Below are positions 1 through 11,547 of a stretch of 64,000 nucleotides of DNA, piece by piece. Each line of letters opens with the position of its first letter. Positions within the stretch are counted from its first letter, which is position 1. Below the pieces are notes generated by a model. The model had not been told where the DNA came from. It made no database searches and worked only from the letters and a program-made list of their open reading frames with translations. Position numbers and translations under genes: made by a program. Location: NCBI GenBank assembly GCA_964386395.1, contig CAYLRV010000001.1:23807-87806 (forward strand). Reading direction: 5' to 3'. The stretch is from an uncultured Chitinophaga sp. (lineage in GTDB: Bacteria > Bacteroidota > Bacteroidia > Chitinophagales > Chitinophagaceae).

Positions 1-260
1 CTAAAAGTCCCTTGCTTAAAGAGACGAAACGGCTGGTAAGGGAAGTATTTGTGCCAGAAAAAAATATGCACCGTATCAGTTTTACACTTCCGCTGATTAA
101 TAAGGCCGCTAATGCAGCCTTCCTCGTTGCAGGTAAGGGCAAGGCTGCCATGCTGCAAACTATTTTGGGGCAAAAGAAAACGCAATTACCCGCAGCGCTG
201 GTTCACCCTGCCGGCAATCTATACTGGTTTCTTGACAAAGACGCTGCTTCACTCCTTTGA
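1..260 (+). CDS. pgl: 6-phosphogluconolactonase, C-terminal fragment (5' end outside window)
   Basis: The frame is open from the window edge to the stop at 258-260. The C-terminus RISFTLPLINKAANAAFLVAGKGKA...HPAGNLYWFLDKDAA resembles the DevB/SOL lactonase tail. Confidence 0.55.
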   Translation, partial: KSPLLKETKRLVREVFVPEKNMHRISFTLPLINKAANAAFLVAGKGKAAMLQTILGQKKTQLPAALVHPAGNLYWFLDKDAASLL

Positions 261-310
261 TACCTCCCGGCTTGCGCCATTCTGCCTATCTTAGGCTTAT
301 AATTTTTCGT

Positions 311-1855
311 ATGCGGTTATTGCTTTTATTCCTGCTTGCCCCGGCCTTTTGTTTTGCGCAACAACGCACCAATATTATTTATATCATGAGTGACGATCAT
401 GATGCAGATGCGATCAGCGCTTATAACAAAAAGTTTATTAGAACACCCAATCTTGATCGCTTAGCCAAAGAAGGGATGTTGTTCACCCGGAATTTTGTAG
501 CCAACTCCATCTGCGGGCCAGTACGGGCTACATTGATTACAGGACAACACTCACACAAGAATGGTATGAAGGATAACCGTACCCGTTTTGATTCATCGAA
601 ACTGACGATGCCGAAGATATTTCAGCAACATGGCTACCAGACAGCTATTGTGGGCAAGTGGCATCTCCACTCCTATCCCACCGGCTACGATTACTGGAAA
701 ATACTGCCGGGACAAGGTTTATATTTTGAGCCCCGCATTATTTCTATGAAGGGCGATACCAGCACCTATCATGGTTATGCTACAGACGTAATAACGGATG
801 AAGCCCTCAAATGGCTTGACAACCGTGCCCCTGATAAACCTTTTGTATTGCATATACACCATAAAGCGCCACACCGGTATTTTTTGGCACCGTTAAAATA
901 TATTGAACAGTACCATAGCAAAATATTTCCTGAGCCTCCGACATTGTATAATGATACGGTGGGGCATGGTACAGCCTGGCGTTTGCAAACCATGAGTATT
1001 CTGTACGACATGAAACTTTGCAGCGATTTGAAAGTTGACCCAAAATACCTGGCCGGTATTCCTGCTTTGAAACCAGATTCTGCTGAAGTGGCCTATTATA
1101 ATGCCATCTTCAACCGGATTCCGGAGCCAGACAGAAGCGCTATCAAAAAATTATATGAAGAAAGAGGAAAGCTGTTGCAGCAATTAAAACCATCGGGCAA
1201 AGAATTACTGAAATATAAATACCAGTGGTATATGCAGGACTACATGGCCTGTGTGGCTTCCGTAGATGAAAATGTGGGCAGAGTACTTGACTACCTCGAT
1301 AAAAACAAACTCACCAATAACACATTGGTCATGTACACCGGCGACCAGGGTATGTATTTAGGTGAAAACGGCTGGTTTGATAAGCGCTGGATGTATGATG
1401 TATCTATGAATGCCCCGCTGCTGGTACGCTGGCCCGGAAAAATCAAAGCCGGTTCTGTAAATGCCAACATGACGCAGACCATTGACTATGCCCCCACCCT
1501 TTTAGATGCTGCTAATATCAAAGTCCCGGATTTTATGCAAGGCATCAGCCTTGTTCCATCCATGACCGGGAAACAAAAAACGATTCCGCGGCATAGCCTC
1601 TATTACCATTTCTACGAAGACAAAGCTGATCATACTGTTTTAAAACACCTGGGTGTACGGAGCGAACGCTATAAGCTCATTTATTTCTATACCGTAGAAG
1701 AATGGGAATTATATGATTTGAAAAAAGATCCGCAGGAACAAAACAACCTGATCAAATCACCAAAACACCAGCAAATAATGGCTGATATGAAAAAGGAATT
1801 AAACCGGTTAAGGGATATCTATGATGATCATGAAAAGGCCGGATCACTTCAATAA
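311..1855 (+). CDS. Secreted sulfatase (formylglycine-dependent family)
   Basis: ORF 257..1855. The likely start is ATG 311 (MRLLLLFLLAPAFCFAQQ signal peptide). Contains IIYIMSDDHD and the CxPxR sulfatase signature SICGPVRATLITGQ. Confidence 0.85.
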   Translation: MRLLLLFLLAPAFCFAQQRTNIIYIMSDDHDADAISAYNKKFIRTPNLDRLAKEGMLFTRNFVANSICGPVRATLITGQHSHKNGMKDNRTRFDSSKLTMPKIFQQHGYQTAIVGKWHLHSYPTGYDYWKILPGQGLYFEPRIISMKGDTSTYHGYATDVITDEALKWLDNRAPDKPFVLHIHHKAPHRYFLAPLKYIEQYHSKIFPEPPTLYNDTVGHGTAWRLQTMSILYDMKLCSDLKVDPKYLAGIPALKPDSAEVAYYNAIFNRIPEPDRSAIKKLYEERGKLLQQLKPSGKELLKYKYQWYMQDYMACVASVDENVGRVLDYLDKNKLTNNTLVMYTGDQGMYLGENGWFDKRWMYDVSMNAPLLVRWPGKIKAGSVNANMTQTIDYAPTLLDAANIKVPDFMQGISLVPSMTGKQKTIPRHSLYYHFYEDKADHTVLKHLGVRSERYKLIYFYTVEEWELYDLKKDPQEQNNLIKSPKHQQIMADMKKELNRLRDIYDDHEKAGSLQ

Positions 1856-1861
1856 GGGGAT

Positions 1862-4483
1862 TTACAACTCCCTGTCACCATATTCACTAATCAGCTCTGC
1901 CACCAGGGCCGTCCATCCTGTTTGATGGCTTGCACCAATACCTTTACCGGTATCACCGTTGAAGTATTCATAAAATAATATAAGATGTTCATTGCCGGGT
2001 TGTCTATAAAACCAGTTGTACTCACCATTGAAACGGCGGTTGCCTTCCTCATCCCGCTCAAATAAACTAATCACCCGTCTCGTGAGCTCATATGCCACCT
2101 GCACCAGGTTCATTTTTACGCCTGAGCCAGTTGGATATTCCACCTGCAGATCATCACCATAGAATTCGCCGTAGTGCCGGAGCGACTGAATGATTAAAAA
2201 ATTAATCGGCATCCACATCGGCCCACGCCAGTTAGAATTACCACCAAATAAATCGGAGGTAGAATCACCCGGATCGTATTGAATAGTGTATGTTTGTCCA
2301 TCCATTCGTACGGAGTACGGATTTTGCTCATGGTATTTTGATAAGGCCCGGATACCGCTATCGGATAAGAACCCTTTTTCATCCAGCAGACGTTCGAGTA
2401 TTGAGACCAGCCTGTCTTTTGGTACTAACGATAAAAGAATTTCACCGTCCTTGCTTCGTTCTTCATTCGGCCAGAATTTATTATTCTTCAACCGGTAGTT
2501 TTCAAACCAGGTGATACGCTTTTTAAAATCAGGTAAGCTGTCCTGCCTCGCCTTGGATATGGTAGATACTGCATAGAGCGGGGCCACACCCACGATAGAC
2601 TGAATACGCAATGGTATGGGCGCAGCACCTGTCACACAAAGCACATCATAAAAGAACCGGTCTTCCTCATTCCACAAACCATGCTCATTGAGCGACTCGG
2701 CTATCAATACAAAGTGTTCAAAAAATTTAGTGGCTGTATCCTCAAAGGATTCATCGTGAATGGCAATTTCAATCGCCATATCCATCATATCAAGTGCGAA
2801 AGCACCCATCCAACTGGTGCCATCGGCCTGCTCCAGTTGTACTTCGCCAGTAAAGTGAAGGCTGCGGTTAAATACCCCGATATTATCCAGGCCAAGGAAA
2901 CCTCCCTCAAAAATGTTGTTGCCGTTTTTATCTTTCCGGTTTATCCACCAGGTAAAGTTGATAAGCAGCTTATGAAATACTTTCTTCAAAAAATTTATAT
3001 CACCGGAACCGCTTCTTCTTTTTTCAATCTGGTACACCTGCATTGCCGCCCATGCCTGTACCGGCGGGTTTACATCGCTGAAATTCCATTCATACGAGGG
3101 TAGTTGACCATCTGGCTTCATATACCATTCCCGCATAAGCAATAGTAACTGGTGTTTGGCAAAAGTGGGGTCTGCCACGGCCATTGAAATACACTGGAAA
3201 GCGAGATCCCAGGCCGCATACCAGGGATACTCCCATTTATCCGGCATCATAATGATGTCCTGGTTCTTCAGGTGCTGCCAGTCATTGTTGCGGCCTTTTT
3301 GTTTGCCCGGGTTTACCGGGGTGATTCCATCGCTTTTACCTATCCAGCGTTCCACATCAAAATGGTAAAACTGTTTGCTCCATAACATACCGGCCAATGC
3401 CTGGCGTTGTATACGTGCCACATCCTCATTCATTCCCTTTGGGAGAATAGCCGCATAATATTCATCCGCTTCTTGTTTGCGAAGTGTGAATACATCTTTC
3501 ACAATTTTTCCAAACGGCGCATCAAACAGTTCTGTACTGAGGCGGCAATAAATTGTTTTGGTAGCGCCACCGGCAATTTTCATTTTATATACCGGCGAAA
3601 ACTTAGTGCCCTTTTTTCGGGCGGCCAGCTCTTTTATATTCTTTCCTTCTATCACAGCATCATGAAAAGCGTCCTTTACAAAAATGTCTGCATTGGGTTG
3701 CCCGAGTATTTTTTCGTTGTTGGTTCGGTTATCGGTAAACAAGCAATTGTCTGCTGCCTGAAAATAGAAATAGTAATCACCAAGCCGTTCATGCTCCGCC
3801 CGTACCGTTGTTTTATCAATAAATTCAATACAAGGAAATTTTTTAAAGGCCTGGTAACTTTGCCTGTTATAAAACCAAAGGGTTGGCAGCACCGTTATTT
3901 CCGCTGCTTCTGTGTAGCGGTTGGTGATATCTATTTTGATAAAAATATCCTGCGCACTGTGTTTTGCATACGTAATCTGCACATCAAAATACTGGTTGTT
4001 ATCAAACACACCGGTATCTAATATTTCATACTCCGGCTCCAGCCTGTTGCGCTTCTTATTTTCGTCTTTCAGTTTTTGATAGGGAAATTCCTGCTGCGGG
4101 TATTTATATAAATACTCCATGTAGTAATGCGTGGGCAGGTTATCCAGGTAGTAGTATAGTTCTTTTACATCTTCTCCATGATTGCCCTGTGGATTGCTTA
4201 AACCAAAAAGCCTTTCCTTCAGAATTGGATCTTTACCATTCCATAAGGCCACTGCAAAACAGAGATTGCCAAAATAGTCGGTAATACCACCCAGGCCATC
4301 TTCGCCCCAGAGATAGCTGCGGCTATGGGCATGATCAAAAGGAAAATAATTCCAGGCATCTCCCCATTCCCCATAGTCTTCCCGCACGGTGCCCCATTGC
4401 CGTTCACTCAGGTAAGGCCCCCATTGCGCCAATGGAATTTCTTTGGTGGCGTTTACTGCCAGCCGTTGGTGTTCTGCTGTCAT
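1862..4483 (-). CDS. GH63-like / MGH1-like glycoside hydrolase
   Basis: 873-aa ORF. The size and W/Y-rich motifs (GGFLGLDNIGVFNRS, WRGPMWMPINF) recall YgjK / mannosylglycerate-hydrolase-type enzymes. The call rests on recollection of the family only. Confidence 0.5.
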   Translation of the reverse strand: MTAEHQRLAVNATKEIPLAQWGPYLSERQWGTVREDYGEWGDAWNYFPFDHAHSRSYLWGEDGLGGITDYFGNLCFAVALWNGKDPILKERLFGLSNPQGNHGEDVKELYYYLDNLPTHYYMEYLYKYPQQEFPYQKLKDENKKRNRLEPEYEILDTGVFDNNQYFDVQITYAKHSAQDIFIKIDITNRYTEAAEITVLPTLWFYNRQSYQAFKKFPCIEFIDKTTVRAEHERLGDYYFYFQAADNCLFTDNRTNNEKILGQPNADIFVKDAFHDAVIEGKNIKELAARKKGTKFSPVYKMKIAGGATKTIYCRLSTELFDAPFGKIVKDVFTLRKQEADEYYAAILPKGMNEDVARIQRQALAGMLWSKQFYHFDVERWIGKSDGITPVNPGKQKGRNNDWQHLKNQDIIMMPDKWEYPWYAAWDLAFQCISMAVADPTFAKHQLLLLMREWYMKPDGQLPSYEWNFSDVNPPVQAWAAMQVYQIEKRRSGSGDINFLKKVFHKLLINFTWWINRKDKNGNNIFEGGFLGLDNIGVFNRSLHFTGEVQLEQADGTSWMGAFALDMMDMAIEIAIHDESFEDTATKFFEHFVLIAESLNEHGLWNEEDRFFYDVLCVTGAAPIPLRIQSIVGVAPLYAVSTISKARQDSLPDFKKRITWFENYRLKNNKFWPNEERSKDGEILLSLVPKDRLVSILERLLDEKGFLSDSGIRALSKYHEQNPYSVRMDGQTYTIQYDPGDSTSDLFGGNSNWRGPMWMPINFLIIQSLRHYGEFYGDDLQVEYPTGSGVKMNLVQVAYELTRRVISLFERDEEGNRRFNGEYNWFYRQPGNEHLILFYEYFNGDTGKGIGASHQTGWTALVAELISEYGDREL

Positions 4484-4572
4484 TTACCGGTTTTATACTT
4501 TCCCATAACAGCAAGCAAAATCGTTGGAAAAGTGAAATTAGAAATTATAACGGAATTTAAGAAAGGATAAAG

Positions 4573-5406
4573 CTATTCGTATTTTTTACTAAGCTGGTAC
4601 AATACTTTCAGCTGCTGGTCATTTAATCCCTTCGTTGTATCCTGCAACCAATGACGTTTGAAACCAATAATGGCTGCATTACTGTCCTTTGTATCATATC
4701 CAATGATCCGCAAGGCATGCAAACGATTGAAATTTGCAGGTAGCTGCACATTCGCTATATCATCATACCAGTACCCGAATCCTTTCTCCGATAATTGCTT
4801 CCAGGGAAAGCGCCAGTTGGGATCATTTTTACGGGTGGGCGCTATATCGCCGTGGCCGATAAAATTGGCTGCTGGTATGGAGTACGCATTTTTCAAACGG
4901 CCAAGCAGGGTGATCAAGCTATTTATTTGTGCTTCGGAAAAAGGCTCAAAGCCATTATTATCAAGTTCGATACCAACTGAAGAGGAATTTAAGTCAGTAG
5001 CATTGCCCCATTTGCTTACACCGGCATGGTGTGCCCTTAATAAATCATTGAGCATATGGTGCACGGTACCATCCTTACAAATTACATAGTGTGCACTTAC
5101 TTCACGGTTGCCTTTCACGGTAAACGTTCTTAACGTTTCCTCACAACTTTTCTGGGCAGTATGGTGGATGATCACATAGTTAGGCCGGCGTATGGTGAAG
5201 TTGATAGTACCAGCCCAATCCGCAGCATAATTCAATCCCGCGGAATCCTGTAAAGGATATTCAGCCAACAACTTTGCATATGCTTTTACCTGTTGCTTAT
5301 AAATTTTATTCGTACCCGCATATTTCGATTGCGAACAACCACAGGCAATAATAAGGAAGGCAAGGGACAGGGAAATGAACAAGCGGCTTTTTAAAAAGGA
5401 TTTCAT
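4573..5406 (-). CDS. N-acetylmuramoyl-L-alanine amidase (amidase_2 / AmpD-like) lipoprotein
   Basis: Lipobox LIIACGCS. Motifs YVIIHHTA, SAHYVI, HHAG, NSSSVGIELDN and IGHGDIAPTRKNDP are typical of zinc amidase_2. Confidence 0.75.
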   Translation of the reverse strand: MKSFLKSRLFISLSLAFLIIACGCSQSKYAGTNKIYKQQVKAYAKLLAEYPLQDSAGLNYAADWAGTINFTIRRPNYVIIHHTAQKSCEETLRTFTVKGNREVSAHYVICKDGTVHHMLNDLLRAHHAGVSKWGNATDLNSSSVGIELDNNGFEPFSEAQINSLITLLGRLKNAYSIPAANFIGHGDIAPTRKNDPNWRFPWKQLSEKGFGYWYDDIANVQLPANFNRLHALRIIGYDTKDSNAAIIGFKRHWLQDTTKGLNDQQLKVLYQLSKKYE

Positions 5407-5424
5407 ACCACTAAAGTAAAGACC

Positions 5425-6366
5425 TTACTGGTACTTGCGGTACAATGCATAGATTATTTTACGCACGGTGGCATTCATGGCACCACCAGAGCCATCCCGC
5501 ATAAAGTGGCGCTTAAATGCCGAAACAGCCGATGAAGGGGAGGATATATCATAGCCGATTATACGCAGCGCCATCAGGTAGTCGAACTGATCCGGAACAA
5601 CCATATTCGTCGTATCACTCCACCACAGACCATAGCCCTTGTCGCTGAAGTGTTTCCAGGGAAAGCGGAAATTGGGATCCATTTTTCGTGTAGGTGCTAT
5701 ATCACCATGGCCAATAAAATTGGCATCCGGAATTTTATACGCTCTCTTCAGGCGGCCCAGTAATATTTCAAGGCTTTGCATTTGTGCGTCGGCAAAAGCT
5801 TCGTACCCGGTATTTTCCAGCTCGATGCCAATGCTTGCAGAGTTGAGATCGGTGGTATTCCCCCATTTACCATCACCAGCATGATGCGAACGAAGTAAAT
5901 CATTCAGCATGTGATACACGGTTCCGTCACGGCAAATAAGATAATGTGAACTGGCCTCCCGGCCACCTGGTTTTGTAAATTCTGCCAGCACTTCCCTGAA
6001 TCCCTGGGTGGCTGTGTGATGAATGATAACAAAGTTGGGACGGCGTATGCCCATATTGGGCGTACCCACCCACTCTGCTGCATAAGGCAAGCCGGCTGAG
6101 TCTTCCAGCGGAAATTCAGCAATCACCCTTGCCAGTGAATCAATCATTTTATAATACAACCGGTTTGCGTAAGCGTACCTGCCTGTTGGCATGTATCTGG
6201 CGCTATCTTTTAAAGCTGAATCCAATGGATTTTTTACGATCGGATTGGGGTATTCTGTAATAGGTTGTTCACCCGGTGGTTGTGCAGCAACTGCGCCACA
6301 AAAGAGAAGGGTGGCGATTGCGGAGAGAACAGTCAAATGTTTACATATTGTTAAGGGCTTGTACAT
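5425..6366 (-). CDS. N-acetylmuramoyl-L-alanine amidase, tandem paralog
   Basis: Shares the motif set of the neighbouring gene (FVIIHHTA, SSHYLI, HHAG, IGIELEN, IGHGDIAPTRKMDP) and has an extended N-terminus. Confidence 0.75.
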   Translation of the reverse strand: MYKPLTICKHLTVLSAIATLLFCGAVAAQPPGEQPITEYPNPIVKNPLDSALKDSARYMPTGRYAYANRLYYKMIDSLARVIAEFPLEDSAGLPYAAEWVGTPNMGIRRPNFVIIHHTATQGFREVLAEFTKPGGREASSHYLICRDGTVYHMLNDLLRSHHAGDGKWGNTTDLNSASIGIELENTGYEAFADAQMQSLEILLGRLKRAYKIPDANFIGHGDIAPTRKMDPNFRFPWKHFSDKGYGLWWSDTTNMVVPDQFDYLMALRIIGYDISSPSSAVSAFKRHFMRDGSGGAMNATVRKIIYALYRKYQ

Positions 6367-6384
6367 GGGGCTACACTATAACAG

Positions 6385-7680
6385 TTACCGCTTGTTTTTA
6401 TTGTTTGGATGACGATAAAAACGGCGTTGGGGTTTGCCAGCTCCGGCACTTCTTGTACGGGGTGTATAAGCAGGTACCGGGCCGAGTGAGGCCGGCACTT
6501 CTCCCTTATCCACTTCTTTTTCAATCAGTCTTTCTATAGCAGCGAATTTATTTTGTTCTTTCTCGCCCACCAATGTGTAGGCAACACCATCTGCTTCAGC
6601 CCTGGCTGTACGGCCAATGCGATGTACATAATCCTCTCCATCGCCCGGTACATCGTAGTTGATAACGAGATCGATAGTATCAATATCTATACCGCGGCTT
6701 AATATATCCGTAGCTACCAGCAGTGGAATTCTGCCGCTGGTAAATGCGGATAGTACATTTTCCCGCTGTGACTGCTCCAGGTCGCTATGTATTTCTTCTA
6801 TCGTAAAACCACCTTGCTTCAGTTCCCTGCGCAGCTGTTTTACTGTTTGCTTTTTACTGCAAAACACCAATGCATTTTTATATGGCGTTTCTTTCAGCAG
6901 CAGTTTTATCAGTGGCAGTTTTTGCGGATCATAAACTACAAAAGCTTTTTGTACCACTTTTGCCGGTGGTTTGGATATGGCAATATTGATTTCTGCCGGG
7001 TTTTGGAGAATACGGCGGGCCAGTTGCCTTATCTTATCCGGCATAGTGGCCGAGAACAAGAGGTTTTGTCTTTTTAACGGCAGCGCTTTGATAATTTTAT
7101 TAATGTCATCCTGGAAGCCCATGTCGAGCATACGGTCTGCTTCATCCAGTACAAGAAACTGCAGGCCCTTCATATTTACATAGCCCATGTTCAGGTGGGC
7201 AATCATACGGCCAGGTGTGCAAACGATTATATCAGCCCCCATTTGCAGGGCTTTTTTCTCAGCGATAAAATTATCGCCGCTGTTGCCACCATAAATGGCG
7301 ATAGAACTGAGATGGGTAAAATAAGAAAGCCCTTCAATATGTTGTGAAATCTGGATAGCCAGTTCACGGGTGGGAACCACGATCAATGCACCTGTTTGCC
7401 CGTCCACATGGTTCTTCAGCAGGCGGTTCATAACGGGAAGCAGGAAAGCTGCCGTTTTACCAGTGCCGGTTTGTGCGGAGGCAATCACATCCCTTCCTTC
7501 CAGAATAGGTGGTATAACCTGCTCCTGAACCGGGGTGGCGGTTTCGTAATTGGAGGCTTCAATGCCCTCTAAAACTTCTGGTAGAAAATCAAATTCGGTA
7601 AATCGCACTAGTTGCTCATTTTTAGGAAAGAGGCGAAGGTAGTTGAAAATAGTTTTAGCGGGGCAAGTAACCTTAATCAC
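6385..7680 (-). CDS. DEAD-box ATP-dependent RNA helicase (RhlE-like)
   Basis: Q motif TPVQEQ, Walker A AQTGTGKT, DEAD box VLDEAD, SAT, HRIGRTARA, and a basic C-tail. The true start is probably the in-frame GTG at 7608 (VRFTEFDF...). Confidence 0.9.
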   Translation of the reverse strand: MIKVTCPAKTIFNYLRLFPKNEQLVRFTEFDFLPEVLEGIEASNYETATPVQEQVIPPILEGRDVIASAQTGTGKTAAFLLPVMNRLLKNHVDGQTGALIVVPTRELAIQISQHIEGLSYFTHLSSIAIYGGNSGDNFIAEKKALQMGADIIVCTPGRMIAHLNMGYVNMKGLQFLVLDEADRMLDMGFQDDINKIIKALPLKRQNLLFSATMPDKIRQLARRILQNPAEINIAISKPPAKVVQKAFVVYDPQKLPLIKLLLKETPYKNALVFCSKKQTVKQLRRELKQGGFTIEEIHSDLEQSQRENVLSAFTSGRIPLLVATDILSRGIDIDTIDLVINYDVPGDGEDYVHRIGRTARAEADGVAYTLVGEKEQNKFAAIERLIEKEVDKGEVPASLGPVPAYTPRTRSAGAGKPQRRFYRHPNNKNKR

Positions 7681-8189
7681 AGCATTTGGAGCATTCCTTC
7701 AAACCGCCTCTTCATTTTCGCTCTCGAAAGCATGAAAAAATACAGGAAGAAAGGAGCCATCTGTAACAATATTATAGAAACATTAGAAAACCCCGTGTTA
7801 ACTATTTCGTACAGAGACAGCATACCAAGAATACCAGAGAGAAACAATAGCAAATAATTAGGACGGATGGTGATAGTAGTAATTGAACTTTCCGGTTCCT
7901 TACCAGCTTTTATACGACCTTCCAGTATAGCGAGGTGGCTCACGATTCCAAAAATTGCAAAATTGCCGAAGGTTATTTTTGGTTGCAGGATAAAGCTATT
8001 ATCATTCCTGAACCGGCCATAAAGATTAACCGACAAATCGTGCCAGGGTAAACTGATTAACTGCTTAATACCGGATTCAATACGCTCAACTGATCCATCG
8101 AGCGTATACTTATATTTTTTAGCTAAAAACAAGTGTCGGTTAAGATTACATATTCCGCCTGTACTGCCCCCCCACTTCATACAATGCAT
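7677..8189 (-). CDS. Hypothetical small membrane protein
   Basis: ORF only. It has a hydrophobic C-terminal half. Its 5' end overlaps the icmF stop region, so the real start is probably internal. Confidence 0.25.
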   Translation of the reverse strand: MHCMKWGGSTGGICNLNRHLFLAKKYKYTLDGSVERIESGIKQLISLPWHDLSVNLYGRFRNDNSFILQPKITFGNFAIFGIVSHLAILEGRIKAGKEPESSITTITIRPNYLLLFLSGILGMLSLYEIVNTGFSNVSIILLQMAPFFLYFFMLSRAKMKRRFEGMLQML

Positions 8190-11100
8190 GTGTTATCTGC
8201 CCAAGCGAACAATACTTTACTGTTTCCATTAATTGTGCAAAGAGGTTTCCATTGTTGATGGCCACCCGCTTTAACTCTTTTAACTCCTTTTCACTCTTAG
8301 CTTCATTACGCTTCCAGAAAGCTTTTAAGGCCTCTATCTGCTGCTCCTTTTCTTCGGTGGTGCTGCGGATTACTTCGGAAGGGATTATTGTTGGTGAACC
8401 TTTTTTGTTCAGGAATGTATTCACACCAATCAAAGGCAATTCGCCGGTGTGTTTCTGGTGCTCATAGTACAGGCTTTCTTCCTGTATTTTATTCCGCTGG
8501 TACATTCTTTCCATGGCACCCAATACACCGCCTCTCTCGGTAATGCGGTCGAACTCGGCCAGCACTGCTTCTTCCACCAGGTCCGTCATTTCTTCAATAG
8601 CAAATGAACCCTGTGTAAAATTTTCTGTTTTGGCCGAACCCAATTCCCGGTTAATGATCAACTGTATAGCCATGGCCCGGCGCACACTTTCCTCTGTTGG
8701 TGTGGTAATCGCTTCATCATAGGCATTTGTATGCAGGGAATTGCAATTATCATATATCGCATATAAAGCCTGCAGCGTGGTGCGGATATCATTAAAATCT
8801 ATCTCCTGTGCATGTAAGCTTCTCCCCGATGTCTGAATATGGTATTTAAGCATCTGGCTGCGCTTGTTGGCTTTGTACTTATACTTCATTGCCTTCGCCC
8901 AAATGCGGCGGGCCACCCGGCCAATCACACTATACTCAGGGTCCATACCATTACTGAAGAAGAATGAGAGGTTTGGGGCGAAATCATCGATATTCATCCC
9001 CCGGCTGAGATAATACTCCACATAGGTAAATCCATTCGCCAGCGTAAACGCCAATTGTGTAATGGGATTAGCACCTGCCTCCGCAATATGATAACCACTG
9101 ATAGATACAGAATAAAAATTGCGGACTTTATTTTCAATAAAATATTCCTGCACATCACCCATCAGCTTCAATGCAAACTCTGTAGAAAATATACAGGTAT
9201 TCTGCGCCTGGTCTTCTTTTAATATATCTGCCTGCACCGTTCCCCTTACCTGTTGCAGGGCATCTGCTTTTATTTTGGCATATACATCAGCAGGTAACAC
9301 ATCGGCACCGGATAGGCCCAGCAACCGCAAGCCCAACCCGTTATTTCCGGCCGGTAGCTCACCATGCAGTTCACCTTTTTGCGGTATTACCGGTTTACCA
9401 TCCACACCAATATAGGTGGGCAATTCTCCGGCTTTATATTTTGCTTCAATAATTTTATTGACGTCCTCCCGCAGGTTATTCGCAATAATATATTTCTCAC
9501 ATTGCTGATCAATGGCTGCATTCATAAAAAAAGCAAGCAGCATCGGTGCAGGGCCGTTGATAGTCATACTTACCGAAGTCTTCGGATCGCATAAGTCAAA
9601 ACCACTGTATAATTTTTTGGCATCATCCACTGTGGCAATGCTCACGCCGCTGTTACCTACTTTACCATAGATATCAGGACGATGACCAGGATCTTCACCG
9701 TATAAAGTCACACTATCAAAAGCCGTGGATAAACGTTTGGCTGGCTGATCCACACTTACATAGTGAAAGCGCTTATTGGTACGTTCTGGTCCGCCTTCAC
9801 CCGCAAACATCCTCGTTGGATCCTCTCCTTCCCGCTTCAATGGAAATACACCGGCCGTAAAAGGGAAATGACCCGGCACATTTTCCTGTGCCTGCCATTT
9901 TAATATGTCACCCCAGTCTTTATATTTGGGCAATACCACTTTCGGGATTCTTGTACCGCTTAAACTGGTGCTCGTCATGGATTGTTTTATCACTTTATCC
10001 CTGACGGTGTATTCGTAAAAGTCTTTCTGGTATTCGGCTACTTTCTCCGGCCAGTTTGTTACCAGCTTGCGGCTTACCGGCGTAAGCTGCTCGGTATAAA
10101 AATCTATTTGCTCCTGTATTTGTGAAAGTAAAGACTGATCAGCCTTTTCTTTTAATACAACCAGCGAGCCATTCAACTGGTAAATTTTCGTGGCAATTGC
10201 AGCCTGGTCTTTTACCAGCTGATCATAATTACGGCTGGCCTCACTTATCTCACTCAGGTACCTGGTGCGGTTGGATGGAATAACAGCCGATGAAACCTTG
10301 GCCGTTTCCGCAAAATGAAATTCACCGAAACGGGTATTGGTCTTTGCTTCTATTTTCTTCAGCAACAGTTCAAAGAGATGGTTCACCCCGTCATCATTAA
10401 ACTTGCTGGCCATCGTTCCCACTATTGGCAATTCATCATCCTTCGCTGAAAACAACTGATGGTTGCGTTTATATTGCTTCTTTACATCAGCCAGTGCATC
10501 CAATGCGCCTGCTTTGTCAAATTTGTTGATGCAGACCAGGTCTGCATAGTCCAGCATATTGATTTTTTCTAATTGTGAAGCAGCCCCGTACTCCGGCGTC
10601 ATCACGTACATACTTACATCACAATAATCAAGGATACTGGCATCGCTTTGTCCCACACCGGCACTTTCCAGTATAACAAAATCAAAGCCCGCTGCTTTAC
10701 AAATATCAATGGCCTCCTGTACAGCACTGCTCAGTGCCGTATTATCTTCACGGGTGGCCAGGCTGCGCATATAAGCCCTGGGGTGGTTGATGGAATTCAT
10801 CCGTATCCTGTCACCCAATAAAGCGCCGCCTGTTTTTTTCTTGGATGGATCAACAGAGATTACGGCAATGGTTTTATCCGAAAAATTGTGCAGGAAGCGG
10901 CGTACAATTTCATCGGTTACCGATGATTTACCAGCGCCGCCTGTACCGGTAATACCGAGAACAGGAATCTTCCTGCCCTCAGCCGGAAGACCCGAAATTT
11001 CTTTAAGCTGGTTTGTATAATCACCTCCTTCCTCTGCAATACTGATTGCCCTTGCAATCCGCCGCACATCCTTCACTTCATCCAGTGGCAATTTTCCATT

Positions 11101-11547
11101 CCATTCTGCCGACTGCCTCATACCCGCTGCTGACTGATTAATCACATCCTCAATCATTCCTTCCAGTCCCATATGTCTTCCATCATCGGGCGAATAGATA
11201 CGGGTGATGCCGTAGTTATGTAATTCTTCTATTTCATCAGGTAAAATCGTACCGCCACCGCCGCCAAAGATTTTGATATGGCCGCAGCCGTTTTCTTCCA
11301 GCAAATCCTTCATGTATTTAAAAAATTCCACATGCCCGCCCTGGTAACTGGTAATAGCAATACCCTGCACATCTTCTTCAATAGCTGTTTCTACAATGTC
11401 TTTCACACTGCGGTTGTGCCCCAGATGGATGATTTCAGCCCCCTTACTCTGCATAATGCGCCGCATGATATTAATAGCGGCATCATGCCCGTCGAAGAGA
11501 CTGGCTGCTGTAACAATTCTAACCTTACTGACCGGGGTATAACTCAT
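8146..11547 (-). CDS. icmF: Fused isobutyryl-CoA mutase (B12-binding domain + MeaB-like GTPase + mutase domain)
   Basis: 1133 aa. N-terminal B12 motif [11 protein letters not shown], then P-loop [12 protein letters not shown], then a methylmalonyl-CoA-mutase-like catalytic domain. The domain order matches IcmF. Confidence 0.85.
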   Translation of the reverse strand: MSYTPVSKVRIVTAASLFDGHDAAINIMRRIMQSKGAEIIHLGHNRSVKDIVETAIEEDVQGIAITSYQGGHVEFFKYMKDLLEENGCGHIKIFGGGGGTILPDEIEELHNYGITRIYSPDDGRHMGLEGMIEDVINQSAAGMRQSAEWNGKLPLDEVKDVRRIARAISIAEEGGDYTNQLKEISGLPAEGRKIPVLGITGTGGAGKSSVTDEIVRRFLHNFSDKTIAVISVDPSKKKTGGALLGDRIRMNSINHPRAYMRSLATREDNTALSSAVQEAIDICKAAGFDFVILESAGVGQSDASILDYCDVSMYVMTPEYGAASQLEKINMLDYADLVCINKFDKAGALDALADVKKQYKRNHQLFSAKDDELPIVGTMASKFNDDGVNHLFELLLKKIEAKTNTRFGEFHFAETAKVSSAVIPSNRTRYLSEISEASRNYDQLVKDQAAIATKIYQLNGSLVVLKEKADQSLLSQIQEQIDFYTEQLTPVSRKLVTNWPEKVAEYQKDFYEYTVRDKVIKQSMTSTSLSGTRIPKVVLPKYKDWGDILKWQAQENVPGHFPFTAGVFPLKREGEDPTRMFAGEGGPERTNKRFHYVSVDQPAKRLSTAFDSVTLYGEDPGHRPDIYGKVGNSGVSIATVDDAKKLYSGFDLCDPKTSVSMTINGPAPMLLAFFMNAAIDQQCEKYIIANNLREDVNKIIEAKYKAGELPTYIGVDGKPVIPQKGELHGELPAGNNGLGLRLLGLSGADVLPADVYAKIKADALQQVRGTVQADILKEDQAQNTCIFSTEFALKLMGDVQEYFIENKVRNFYSVSISGYHIAEAGANPITQLAFTLANGFTYVEYYLSRGMNIDDFAPNLSFFFSNGMDPEYSVIGRVARRIWAKAMKYKYKANKRSQMLKYHIQTSGRSLHAQEIDFNDIRTTLQALYAIYDNCNSLHTNAYDEAITTPTEESVRRAMAIQLIINRELGSAKTENFTQGSFAIEEMTDLVEEAVLAEFDRITERGGVLGAMERMYQRNKIQEESLYYEHQKHTGELPLIGVNTFLNKKGSPTIIPSEVIRSTTEEKEQQIEALKAFWKRNEAKSEKELKELKRVAINNGNLFAQLMETVKYCSLGQITHALYEVGGQYRRNM

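Noticed and set aside
2681-4021. Long plus-strand ORFs (2681..3103 and 3407..4021) and similar antisense ORFs inside other large genes, for example 20548..20946, 21802..22158, 31494..31973, 43360..43872, 46185..46751 and 60063..60443.
   Set aside because: They are fully embedded antisense to long, motif-supported genes and have biased, low-complexity translations. These are typical shadow ORFs.
8146-8189. 44-bp overlap between the icmF 3' end and the 170-aa hypothetical ORF, considered as a possible programmed overlap.
   Set aside because: It is more simply explained by an over-extended start call for the weak downstream ORF.
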